Origin: Clostridiales bacterium
GTDB taxonomy: Bacteria; Bacillota; Clostridia; Peptostreptococcales; Anaerovoracaceae
Assembly (NCBI GenBank): GCA_015058205.1
Contig: SVCS01000002.1
Location: 6,396-70,395, forward strand
Length of the DNA: 64,000 nt
Direction: 5' to 3'
In this document: positions 17,515 to 25,962 of the stretch, piece after piece
Layout: each line of letters opens with the position of its first letter
Position numbering within the stretch: position 1 is the first letter of the stretch
Translations under genes and position numbers: made by a program
Notes under the pieces: model-generated
The model's database searches: none
What the model was told of the DNA's origin: nothing
Seen by the model: only the letters and a program-made list of their open reading frames with translations

Positions 17515-18777
17515 ATGTCTAGAATGAAGAAAGTTTGGAGTGTAATCGTAGCATTGATTATGGCGTTGACGATTTTTGCCGTCCCGACATTTGCGCTTGA
17601 AGGAGACGGAACTGAGTCTGAAGTAGCGCCAGCTGCTGAATTGGACGGTGATCAGCCGGCAGCTGTTGGGGAGCCATCTTCAAATGAGGAACCATCAACC
17701 GGCAATGAGGATCCGCAGAATGATTCACAGGATAATGGCGGTGAAGGAACTCTGGAGGGAACCACCGAGAATGGTGATGAAGGAGAGTTTGTTGTTGACG
17801 TTGAAGCTCCGGCTGCAGTAACTGGATTAACAGGAACAGCAAGCATTACCAAAAATGGAGTTTCCACAATCGCATTCAAGTGGAATACAGTACCGGATGC
17901 AGATGGATATGCTATTTCACGTTATTCAGGGAAAATTTCAAATGGACAGTATTTGGATCAGGGAGAGGCTTTATCATACAATCTGACAGATTATAATGGT
18001 GCTGCATTAAAACAGCGCACGACGTATTCGCTTCATGTCATTGCTTACGTCAAACTGAAGGAACAGCCTTCTGCGGATAACGAAGAAGAAATCCGTATAG
18101 CAGAAGAAGCTGGGGCAATTAAAATTAATCCAAGTGGTGAGTACGTGATGCCGAGCAAAACTGCAGCAACAGCGTCAGTTAAAACCAAGTCCGTAGAGCG
18201 TGTTGAAAGGACAAAGTACGATAAGGGCTATCTGTATAAGTACTATGACCAGAATGGTGTTTATCGCGGCACTTCATATTCCATGTGGAATACGATTAAA
18301 AACAAAAAGAGCAAGACCAAGTATCTGATTGCATTGGATACAAGAAGAAATAACGTTGTTATCTACAAAGGAAAGAAGGGTAATTGGAAAGTGTATAAGC
18401 ACTTCGTATGTTCATGTGGTACAGACGGCCACAGAACACCGCGTGGTAATTTCAAGATTTTGTCCAAAAAGCCGAAGTTCCAGACAGGTGACAAGGTAGG
18501 CAAAAAGGTTGTAAGAGCAAAGTACACTTGCTGGTATGCAACTAGAATTAAGGGCGCGATTTTCTTCCACTCAACGCTGTATCATCTGAATTCCAAGAGC
18601 AGACATGCGGCAAGACACGTTGGAAAGCACTATTCACATGGCTGCATCAGACTGGAAATCAAGAATGCGAAGTGGATCTACAACAACTGTAAGAAGGGTA
18701 CCGCTGTTATCAGCAGAAAATATGGTAGAGATGTTAGCTATGGAAGCAGTGGATTTTTATTCTCTTATAGTTATTAA
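17515..18777 (+). CDS. Secreted L,D-transpeptidase (YkuD domain) with an acidic linker and an Fn3-like module
   Basis: Signal peptide (MKKVWSVIVALIMALTIFAVPTFA). An Fn3-like motif (WNTVPDADGYAISRYSG) follows. The YkuD catalytic region is TPRGNFKILSK...FHSTLY...HYSHGCIRLEIKNAKWIYNN. Confidence 0.8.
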   Translation: MSRMKKVWSVIVALIMALTIFAVPTFALEGDGTESEVAPAAELDGDQPAAVGEPSSNEEPSTGNEDPQNDSQDNGGEGTLEGTTENGDEGEFVVDVEAPAAVTGLTGTASITKNGVSTIAFKWNTVPDADGYAISRYSGKISNGQYLDQGEALSYNLTDYNGAALKQRTTYSLHVIAYVKLKEQPSADNEEEIRIAEEAGAIKINPSGEYVMPSKTAATASVKTKSVERVERTKYDKGYLYKYYDQNGVYRGTSYSMWNTIKNKKSKTKYLIALDTRRNNVVIYKGKKGNWKVYKHFVCSCGTDGHRTPRGNFKILSKKPKFQTGDKVGKKVVRAKYTCWYATRIKGAIFFHSTLYHLNSKSRHAARHVGKHYSHGCIRLEIKNAKWIYNNCKKGTAVISRKYGRDVSYGSSGFLFSYSY

Positions 18778-18810
18778 TTAACAATCTTAAATGTTAATAA
18801 TTAGATGTAG

Positions 18811-18846
18811 GGAATCCGGGAATAAACACCCGGATTCCTTTTTATT
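18811..18846 (+). terminator. Rho-independent terminator
   Basis: GGAATCCGGG (18811-18820), loop AATAAACA, CCCGGATTCC (18829-18838), then TTTTTATT. Confidence 0.85.
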
Positions 18847-18874
18847 GTATTTTGTTTAGAGGGGCTATGTAGCT

Positions 18875-18903
18875 TTGACTTTAGGGCCTTTATTTAATAT
18901 AAT
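18875..18903 (+). promoter_or_regulatory. Near-consensus sigma-A promoter
   Basis: TTGACT (18875-18880), a 17-nt spacer, then TATAAT (18898-18903). Confidence 0.7.
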
Positions 18904-18967
18904 AAAGTCGGTGTTTTATGTGGCTTTGCAAAGTCGTTTGAGCCACAGAAAAGAACGAGATTTTAGT

Positions 18968-20836
18968 ATGGAAAAAAGCAGATTTCAATTACAAAAGCAT
19001 ACAGTAATCGTCATAATGCTAATCATATATGACATCGTTGCAGTCAACCTGGCATATGGTCTGGCTTTGTGGATTCGGTTTGATCTGCACTTTACGGAGA
19101 TTCCAGACAAGTACTGGTACGGATGGGTCGATACGATTCCGTTCTTCACAGTCTTTGCGATTCTTACATTTGTTCTCCTGAAGTTGTACCACAGCGTCTG
19201 GAGATATGTCAGCTACAATGAAATATTCAGGGCGGCAGTAGCAACAGGAATCACACTGGTGTTCCAGATACTGATCACATGCATTTTCTTCATCAGGATG
19301 CCGATTTCCTATTATGCCGCTGGTGCTTTGCTGCTGTTCATGTTTGTGGCAGGGGGCAGATTCTCCTATAGGGGACTGCGTATCATCAATGACTACTTTA
19401 CAGGCAACAATAAATCTAAGATCAAGCGGGTCATGATCATCGGCGCGGGAGATGCAGGCAGAATGGTGCTGCGTGAGCTGAAGGTAGAGAGACCTGCGAC
19501 CTCCAGAGTAGTCTGCCTGGTGGATGACAATCCTGACAAAGCAGGCAGAATGCTGGATAACGTAGAAATCAAAGGCAACCGGGACGATATCCCGGAGCTT
19601 GCTGAACGATACAATATCGACCGCATCATCTTCGCCATTCCGGGAGCCAACAACAAAGACAGGAAAGAGATCCTGGATATCTGTAAGACAACGGGATGCG
19701 AGCTGAAGATGCTTCCGAGTCTGTCCCAGTTCATCAACGACAAAGGGGCAACCGCACAGCTCCAGAACGTATCCGTTGAGGAACTTCTGGGAAGAGATAC
19801 GATTAAAATCAATAATGATGAAATCAGAAACACGTTGCAGGATAAAGTCGTCATGGTAACAGGCGGCGGCGGTTCCATCGGAAGCGAGCTGGCACGTCAG
19901 ATCGCGGCCAATAATCCTCGGCAGCTGATACTCTTTGAAATCTATGAAAACAATGTATATGACATTCAGCAGTGGCTGAAATGGCATTATCCGCAGTTGG
20001 ATCTGAAATGCCTGATCGGTTCCGTCAGAGATGAAGACAGACTCAGGGATGTCATGACAGAATACAAACCTGACATCATATTCCACGCTGCAGCGCACAA
20101 ACATGTGCCCCTCATGGAAGACAGCCCGAATGAAGCCATCAAAAACAACGTTGCCGGAACCTATAAGACGGCTATGGTGGCGTCGGAATGCGGCGTCAGC
20201 AAGTTCGTTCTGATTTCAACAGATAAGGCAGTCAATCCGACGAACATCATGGGTGCTTCCAAACGTATGTGTGAGATGGTCATTCAGATGATCAACAGAA
20301 AATCTGAAACAGACTTCGTTGCAGTAAGATTCGGAAATGTGCTGGGAAGCAACGGCAGTGTCATCCCTCTGTTCAAGAAGCAGATTGCAGCTGGCGGACC
20401 TGTTACTGTAACGCATCCGGACATTACAAGATTCTTCATGACGATTCCGGAAGCGGTTTCCCTCGTTCTGCAGGCGGGTTCTTATGCCGAGGACGGCGAG
20501 ATCTTCGTTTTGGATATGGGTAAGCCGGTCAAAATAGATGAACTGGCAAGAAACCTGATTTATCTTTCCGGGCATACGCCGGATGTAGATATTAAGATCA
20601 TATATACAGGGCTCAGACCGGGTGAGAAACTCTATGAAGAGCTGCTCATGGATAACGAGAATCTGGTAAAGACGGCAAATGATCTCATTTTTGTCGAGAA
20701 ATTATCCGATTGGAATCCGGAAGAATTTGAAACAAAACTCAAGGTGCTCTTCGCCCATGCCGAGGACAATCAGGATGGCGAAAAGACGAAGGATATGGTA
20801 GCTGATATAGTAGAGACATATAAGCGGGAGAACTAA
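18968..20836 (+). CDS. Membrane-anchored polysaccharide biosynthesis protein CapD/PglF type (UDP-HexNAc 4,6-dehydratase)
   Basis: Four N-terminal TM helices are followed by two Rossmann segments (IIGAGDAG; VMVTGGGGSIGSEL) and the SDR region AAAHKHVP...STDKAVNPTNIMGASKR. ATG 18968 is chosen because the track's TTG start at 18875 coincides with the -35 box. Confidence 0.85.
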   Translation: MEKSRFQLQKHTVIVIMLIIYDIVAVNLAYGLALWIRFDLHFTEIPDKYWYGWVDTIPFFTVFAILTFVLLKLYHSVWRYVSYNEIFRAAVATGITLVFQILITCIFFIRMPISYYAAGALLLFMFVAGGRFSYRGLRIINDYFTGNNKSKIKRVMIIGAGDAGRMVLRELKVERPATSRVVCLVDDNPDKAGRMLDNVEIKGNRDDIPELAERYNIDRIIFAIPGANNKDRKEILDICKTTGCELKMLPSLSQFINDKGATAQLQNVSVEELLGRDTIKINNDEIRNTLQDKVVMVTGGGGSIGSELARQIAANNPRQLILFEIYENNVYDIQQWLKWHYPQLDLKCLIGSVRDEDRLRDVMTEYKPDIIFHAAAHKHVPLMEDSPNEAIKNNVAGTYKTAMVASECGVSKFVLISTDKAVNPTNIMGASKRMCEMVIQMINRKSETDFVAVRFGNVLGSNGSVIPLFKKQIAAGGPVTVTHPDITRFFMTIPEAVSLVLQAGSYAEDGEIFVLDMGKPVKIDELARNLIYLSGHTPDVDIKIIYTGLRPGEKLYEELLMDNENLVKTANDLIFVEKLSDWNPEEFETKLKVLFAHAEDNQDGEKTKDMVADIVETYKREN

Positions 20837-20837
20837 T

Positions 20838-22229
20838 ATGATACTGCAGCATGTATATAAGCCGATTCTCAACTTTATATACAGTAAGATTACATACAGG
20901 ATAAGCGACAGAGCACGTGAAATCATTCTGTTTATTACATTCTTCTTGATGTTCTATCTTCTGTTTGCAGCGAAGTATCTGCACGTGATGTCGGGGGACG
21001 CGCGCGATATGTCGATTATGCTGCTCATGGGTGTGGCGATTCTGTTCAGCCTTGACAGAGAGCAGAAGATCCTGAAATGGAACTTGGTGTTCTATATACC
21101 GTTCGCATTGATGGGCGTGTACATGCTCATGATTGCGCTCTTCTTCCACAGTATCGGGGATTCCTATACGATCTTCATTCTGTTCATCCTCTTCGCATGC
21201 ATGTGTCTGGCATTTGTGTGGGGCAACAGAGGTGATTACAACAGAATGTTCATGATCGTATCTGCGGCGTATATGCTGTTCTACGCCATTCTGCTGGTCT
21301 GGTGTCTGGCGAAGTACGGCATTTATTTCGGCGAAGGTTATTCCATGTGGTTCAACACCAACGGGTTTGCCAAACTGACGTGCCCTGCGGTGGCATGCGG
21401 AATCCATCTGTTTATCTGCGTGGAGAAAACCGCATGGAGAGTGATTTTCGCAGCGCTCGCTGGTGCAGCCGGATGCATGATTTTTTTCACAACATGCAAA
21501 ACTGCGCAAATTGCAGTCATCATGATGGCAGCCGCATGCTTCTTCTTATTGATTATCAAGGGGGGGAAAGTGCTCAAGCGCTTTATATGTTTCCTGCTTG
21601 TGTTCATGCTGGCCTTCGGCGCTTGTTTCGGATTCCTGCATTATGTAACACCGGTAATCAGCGGAGACCCAGTAGAATCACACGTCGTAGTGTTCAAGAC
21701 AAGCTCATCGAACCCGAATCCTGTCGACGAGAATTCACCGTACAAAATCTACGAGCGCGAGATGATCGAGAAGGTGCAGAGCAACCCGACTCTGGCGAAG
21801 CTCGATAAAATCGGCACCGGCAGAATACACCTTTGGGCCATGTATCTGAACAGAATCAACATGACCGGAAATGTGAAGACACTCAGAAGAGTAGGTGCCC
21901 ATAACCAGTATGTTGAGTTTACGTATAAGGCCGGACTACCAGTCGGCGCAGCATGGCTGTTCATCCTTGTTGCCATGTTTATCATGATCGTCATCGGACT
22001 CGTGAAGAGAAAAGGCGACTGGATCTACTTCGTGATGCTGAACTATCCGACGTTCTTCTGGTTCTCCCTGCTGGAAACGGGGGTGTTCCCAATGGAACGC
22101 GGTTTTATCCTGATCTACTATCTGTCCCTGCTGCCGCTTCTGATCAGACAGGCACAGGCGAAGGATACCATAGAAAAAACAATCGAAGAAACAACGGAAG
22201 AAAACAAATCAATGGTGGAGGAAATGTAA
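20838..22229 (+). CDS. O-antigen ligase/polymerase-like (Wzy-type) polytopic membrane protein
   Basis: About 10-12 TM segments. A periplasmic-loop-like region ends in GAHNQYVEFTYKAGLPVGAAWLFILV, which fits the Wzy_C-type H-N-x-(Y/L) pattern. Confidence 0.65.
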   Translation: MILQHVYKPILNFIYSKITYRISDRAREIILFITFFLMFYLLFAAKYLHVMSGDARDMSIMLLMGVAILFSLDREQKILKWNLVFYIPFALMGVYMLMIALFFHSIGDSYTIFILFILFACMCLAFVWGNRGDYNRMFMIVSAAYMLFYAILLVWCLAKYGIYFGEGYSMWFNTNGFAKLTCPAVACGIHLFICVEKTAWRVIFAALAGAAGCMIFFTTCKTAQIAVIMMAAACFFLLIIKGGKVLKRFICFLLVFMLAFGACFGFLHYVTPVISGDPVESHVVVFKTSSSNPNPVDENSPYKIYEREMIEKVQSNPTLAKLDKIGTGRIHLWAMYLNRINMTGNVKTLRRVGAHNQYVEFTYKAGLPVGAAWLFILVAMFIMIVIGLVKRKGDWIYFVMLNYPTFFWFSLLETGVFPMERGFILIYYLSLLPLLIRQAQAKDTIEKTIEETTEENKSMVEEM

Positions 22230-22230
22230 T

Positions 22231-22461
22231 ATGAGAGAAACTGTAATGGAGATTCTGCAGGAAATCAGAGGCGATGTTGATTTTGAAAATGAAACAAGAC
22301 TCATTGATGACAACATTCTGGCGTCCCTGGATATCGTTGCGATCGTCGGCGAATTCAATGATGAATTTGACATTGAGATCTCTGTAGAAGACCTCATTCC
22401 TGAGAATTTCAACTCAGTGGATGCTATGGTTGAACTTATCACAAAGGCACAGGAAGAATAG
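22231..22461 (+). CDS. Small phosphopantetheine-type carrier protein (ACP/DltC-like)
   Basis: A 76-aa acidic protein. DDNILASLDIVAIVGEFNDEFDIEI fits the (D/A)S(L/F)D carrier-protein serine motif. Confidence 0.7.
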   Translation: MRETVMEILQEIRGDVDFENETRLIDDNILASLDIVAIVGEFNDEFDIEISVEDLIPENFNSVDAMVELITKAQEE

Positions 22462-22463
22462 AC

Positions 22464-23408
22464 ATGAAAATACTTTTTACTTCTGTCGGAAGACGCGTGG
22501 AACTGATGCAGGCGTTCCGGGCGGCCGCCGAAAAATGCGGCGCAGAGCTCGAACTGTACGGGGCAGATATCTCAGATACTGCACCGGCGTTGGCGTTTTG
22601 TGATCATCAGATCATTGTTCCGCGGATCACGGAACCGGATTACATTCCTGTATTGCAGGAAGTATGTTGCGAAGAGCATATCGACGCGCTGGTGCCGACG
22701 ATCGATACGGATCTGCTGCTCCTCGCAGAAAACAGCCATGGATTCGGCAGTACGAAAGTTGTGATCAGCGCACCGGAAAAAATCAGAATATGCCGTGACA
22801 AGAGGCTGACTGCCGATTACTTCAAGTCAGTCGGACTTAACACGCCGTACCCGGTAGATGACTTCGCGAAATACGAAGCGGGATATCCCGCATTCATCAA
22901 ACCGAAGGACGGCAGCTCCAGCATTTTTGCCTATAAGGCTGAGGATGAGGAAGAGCTGAAGTCTTACTGCAATCAGGTTCCGGATTACATCATCCAGCCG
23001 TATATTGGCGGCACAGAATACACCGTGGATATCTTCTGCGACTTCGATGGAAACCCTGTGCTCATCACACCGAGAATCAGATTAGCCACAAGATCAGGGG
23101 AAGTCCTCAAGACAGAAATCACACAGGACGACCAGATCATCGGCGAAATCAAACAGCTTCTCGCTGACTACAAACCGTGCGGGCAGGTGACCATTCAGCT
23201 CATCCGTGACAGCCGCAGCGGAGAAGACTACTATATCGAAATCAACCCGCGGTTCGGCGGCGGGGCACCGCTCAGTATCAAAGCCGGAGCCGACAGCGCC
23301 GAAATGCTGATCAGGCTCATTGCGGGGGAGACACTTTCCTATCATGAGAAGGCTGCGGAAGATGGCGCCATCTACAGCAGATTCGATCAGAGTATAAGGA
23401 TCAGATAA
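22464..23408 (+). CDS. ATP-grasp ligase (CarB/PylC-like small ATP-grasp); substrate unknown
   Basis: MKILFTSVGRRVELMQAF..., DK..T..YF...G...P, AFIKPKDGSSS, IIQPYIGGTEYTVDIF, YIEINPRFGGG. Confidence 0.75.
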   Translation: MKILFTSVGRRVELMQAFRAAAEKCGAELELYGADISDTAPALAFCDHQIIVPRITEPDYIPVLQEVCCEEHIDALVPTIDTDLLLLAENSHGFGSTKVVISAPEKIRICRDKRLTADYFKSVGLNTPYPVDDFAKYEAGYPAFIKPKDGSSSIFAYKAEDEEELKSYCNQVPDYIIQPYIGGTEYTVDIFCDFDGNPVLITPRIRLATRSGEVLKTEITQDDQIIGEIKQLLADYKPCGQVTIQLIRDSRSGEDYYIEINPRFGGGAPLSIKAGADSAEMLIRLIAGETLSYHEKAAEDGAIYSRFDQSIRIR

Positions 23409-23409
23409 C

Positions 23410-24033
23410 GTGATAGAAATCAGAAACATACTGGAAGCTGCGGACCATCTGGAAGGAATTGATGCGGTCATATTCGATATGGATGATACCCTCTATTCCG
23501 AGAAGGACTATGTGCGCAGCGGATATAACAAGATTGCAGAGGCATTTCCCGAAGTGCCTGACCTGTTTGAAAAACTATGGTCGGCTTTTGAAGCGGGAAA
23601 GCCTGCGATAGACTGTGCTCTGGAAGAGGCAGGCGCCCTGACAGAGGACAACAAAGCAAAGGCAATACAAGTCTACCGGTTTCAGATGCCGGACATCACC
23701 CTTTATGACGGCGTGCGCTGCATGCTGAAGAAGATAAGGGAAAGCGGCAGAAAGCTCGGCATGATTACGGACGGCAGACCGGAAGGTCAGCGGGCCAAAA
23801 TCGAAGCGTTGGGAATCGGACCGCTCTTCGATGAGATCATCATTACCGATGAGCTGGGAGGACCAGAGAAACGCAAACCATGCGAGGATGCCTTTGCACT
23901 TATGAAGGAGAAGATGGATGTTCCTTTCGGGCGGATGGTCTACATTGGAGACAACATCCGCAAGGACTTCATTGCCCCGGAGAAACTAGGCATGAAGAGT
24001 ATCTATTTCATTAACGAAAAGGGACTGTATTAG
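23410..24033 (+). CDS. HAD superfamily hydrolase/phosphatase
   Basis: Motif I is VIFDMDDTLY, motif II is MITDG and motif IV is YIGDNIRKD. GTG start with AAGGA upstream. Confidence 0.75.
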   Translation: MIEIRNILEAADHLEGIDAVIFDMDDTLYSEKDYVRSGYNKIAEAFPEVPDLFEKLWSAFEAGKPAIDCALEEAGALTEDNKAKAIQVYRFQMPDITLYDGVRCMLKKIRESGRKLGMITDGRPEGQRAKIEALGIGPLFDEIIITDELGGPEKRKPCEDAFALMKEKMDVPFGRMVYIGDNIRKDFIAPEKLGMKSIYFINEKGLY

Positions 24034-24049
24034 TCCAGGGAGGAGCGAC

Positions 24050-24457
24050 ATGAAAAAAGTTATTACAGTCGGCGTATACGATTATTTCCACATCGGACAT
24101 CTTAAGCTCTTTAAGAACGCCAAGAAACTGGGAGATTACCTCATTGTTGCCGTACAGGACGGTGACTGCATTCTGAAGACAAAACCTGACGCTAAGGTTC
24201 TGTACACGACAGAGCAGCGTATTGAGATGGTCAGTGAGCTCAGAACTGTTGATGAAGTCATCATCTACGAGGATGTCGACAAGACCATTGCCGAAGTGGA
24301 TTTCGATGTATTTGCCATCGGGGGAGACCAGACCCATGCCGGATTCCAGAGAGCAGTCAAGTGGTGCGAAGAGCACGGTAAGGAAGTCGTCAGACTTCCG
24401 AGAACACCTGGAATCTGCTCATCAGATATCAAGAAAACGCTTGAAACGTTAGACTAA
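24050..24457 (+). CDS. Cytidylyltransferase-like protein (TagD/HIGH-motif family), second copy
   Basis: KVITVGVYDYFHIGHLKLFKNAKKLGDYLIVAV...R.PG.SSDIKK. Strong RBS GGGAGGAG. Confidence 0.8.
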   Translation: MKKVITVGVYDYFHIGHLKLFKNAKKLGDYLIVAVQDGDCILKTKPDAKVLYTTEQRIEMVSELRTVDEVIIYEDVDKTIAEVDFDVFAIGGDQTHAGFQRAVKWCEEHGKEVVRLPRTPGICSSDIKKTLETLD

Positions 24458-24467
24458 ACCAAAAGAC

Positions 24468-25241
24468 ATGAACAATGATTACGGAAATCTTGAGGCTCAC
24501 AAAGTGATCCTCGGGATACTGAAAGATATCCATACATTCTGCGGTAAGCACGATATTCATTACTGCCTTGACGGCGGTTCCATTTTGGGTGCGGTCAGAC
24601 ACAATGGATTCATCCCTTGGGACGATGACGCAGATATCGCGCTGAAACGGGCCGAGTTCAAGAAACTCTGGGCGCTGCGGGACATTTTCTATGGATACCG
24701 GGTTGAGACCGGCGTGGAGCATGCTCCGTGGGTCTATCGGATCAGACCTGTCGATGACGATGAGCATCAGGTGGATATCTTTGTCTATGACAATATTCCT
24801 GACAGCGAGGCAGCCAGAAAAAAGAAGATTCTTCGCATGGCCATGCTCCAGGGTATGCTGAAGAAAGGCAGCGACGGATCGCGCTTTTCATTGAAACAGA
24901 ACATTCTGTTGGCGGGTACCAGAATTCTGGGCGTTCCGTTTTCTAAAAAGAGGAAGCTCAAGTGGTACGCGAAGTACTCACAAATAGGGAATGAATCCGA
25001 CACGAAGCAGATCAATACCTTTAATTCAACGTACAGGGCGCTGCACAGAAGGTTTGATGCGGATGTTCTGGATGAAGTCATGCTGCATGATTTTGAAGAT
25101 ACGCAGCTGTATATCCCGGTCAAGTATGACCATTACCTGCGCGTCATGTACGGTGATGATTACATGACACCACCGAAGGAAGAATACAGAAGCAGTCATC
25201 AGGGATATCTTGAGGATCCTGATGTTTCAATACCATTATAG
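24468..25241 (+). CDS. LicD family phosphotransferase (short form)
   Basis: IHYCLDGGSILGAVRHNGFIPWDDDADIAL, and the C-terminal YGDDYMTPP is typical of LicD. Confidence 0.8.
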   Translation: MNNDYGNLEAHKVILGILKDIHTFCGKHDIHYCLDGGSILGAVRHNGFIPWDDDADIALKRAEFKKLWALRDIFYGYRVETGVEHAPWVYRIRPVDDDEHQVDIFVYDNIPDSEAARKKKILRMAMLQGMLKKGSDGSRFSLKQNILLAGTRILGVPFSKKRKLKWYAKYSQIGNESDTKQINTFNSTYRALHRRFDADVLDEVMLHDFEDTQLYIPVKYDHYLRVMYGDDYMTPPKEEYRSSHQGYLEDPDVSIPL

Positions 25242-25251
25242 GAGGAACACC

Positions 25252-25962
25252 ATGAAAGACTATACTATCGGCGTTCTCGGCGGAATGGGAACATACGCCA
25301 CGATTCATTTGTTCGAGCAGTACGCGAGAGTTTTTGAAGCGGAAAAAGAATGGGACAGACCAAGAATGCTCATTGACAACAGATGCACCATGCCGAGCAG
25401 GGTAAGGGCATATCTCTACGATGAGAAAGTGGATGAGCTGGTGGGCGATATGACCGAGTCCCTGTCCAACCTCATCAATGTAGGATGCAACAGACTGGTG
25501 CTGGCGTGCAATACGTCGCATCTGTTCCTGCCGAAAGTGTATGAGAAACTGCCGGAGGCAGAAGACAGAATCGTGCACATCATCAAGACAACCGTCGACC
25601 AGATCGTAGAAGACGGTATCGAAGAAGTATATCTTCTGGGAACCGAAGGCACGATAGATTCCGGCATCTATCAGAGGGCGCTGGAAGAGAAGGGCGTCAG
25701 ATGTCTTGCGCCGGAAGAAGCCGAATACAAGGATCTGAGAACGTGCATTGAAGCCGTCAAGCAGGAGAAGTACTCAGAAGAAGTGAGAGAGCTTTTTGGC
25801 AAATTGATCAACAGACATGAATACTGCATTCTGGGATGCACAGAGCTTCCGGTACTGTATGAGAAGTATATTGGCGATGTGAAATGCAAGAAAGTGTATG
25901 ACCCACTGATGATGGTTATGGAAATTCTGAAAGCAGAGTTTGAAGAGTTTAATGACAAATAA
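25252..25962 (+). CDS. Asp/Glu racemase family protein, aspartate-racemase type
   Basis: GVLGGMGTYAT, and the two catalytic-Cys motifs LACNTSH and ILGCTELPVL. ATG 25252 follows AGGAGG (25240-25245). Confidence 0.8.
   Translation: MKDYTIGVLGGMGTYATIHLFEQYARVFEAEKEWDRPRMLIDNRCTMPSRVRAYLYDEKVDELVGDMTESLSNLINVGCNRLVLACNTSHLFLPKVYEKLPEAEDRIVHIIKTTVDQIVEDGIEEVYLLGTEGTIDSGIYQRALEEKGVRCLAPEEAEYKDLRTCIEAVKQEKYSEEVRELFGKLINRHEYCILGCTELPVLYEKYIGDVKCKKVYDPLMMVMEILKAEFEEFNDK

Noticed and set aside
18875-18967. Track start (TTG 18875) for the CapD/PglF-like gene, adding 31 aa.
   Set aside because: The TTG is the first base of a near-consensus TTGACT-N17-TATAAT promoter, so the extension would lie upstream of the transcription start. 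ATG 18968 gives a normal N-terminus before the TM helices.
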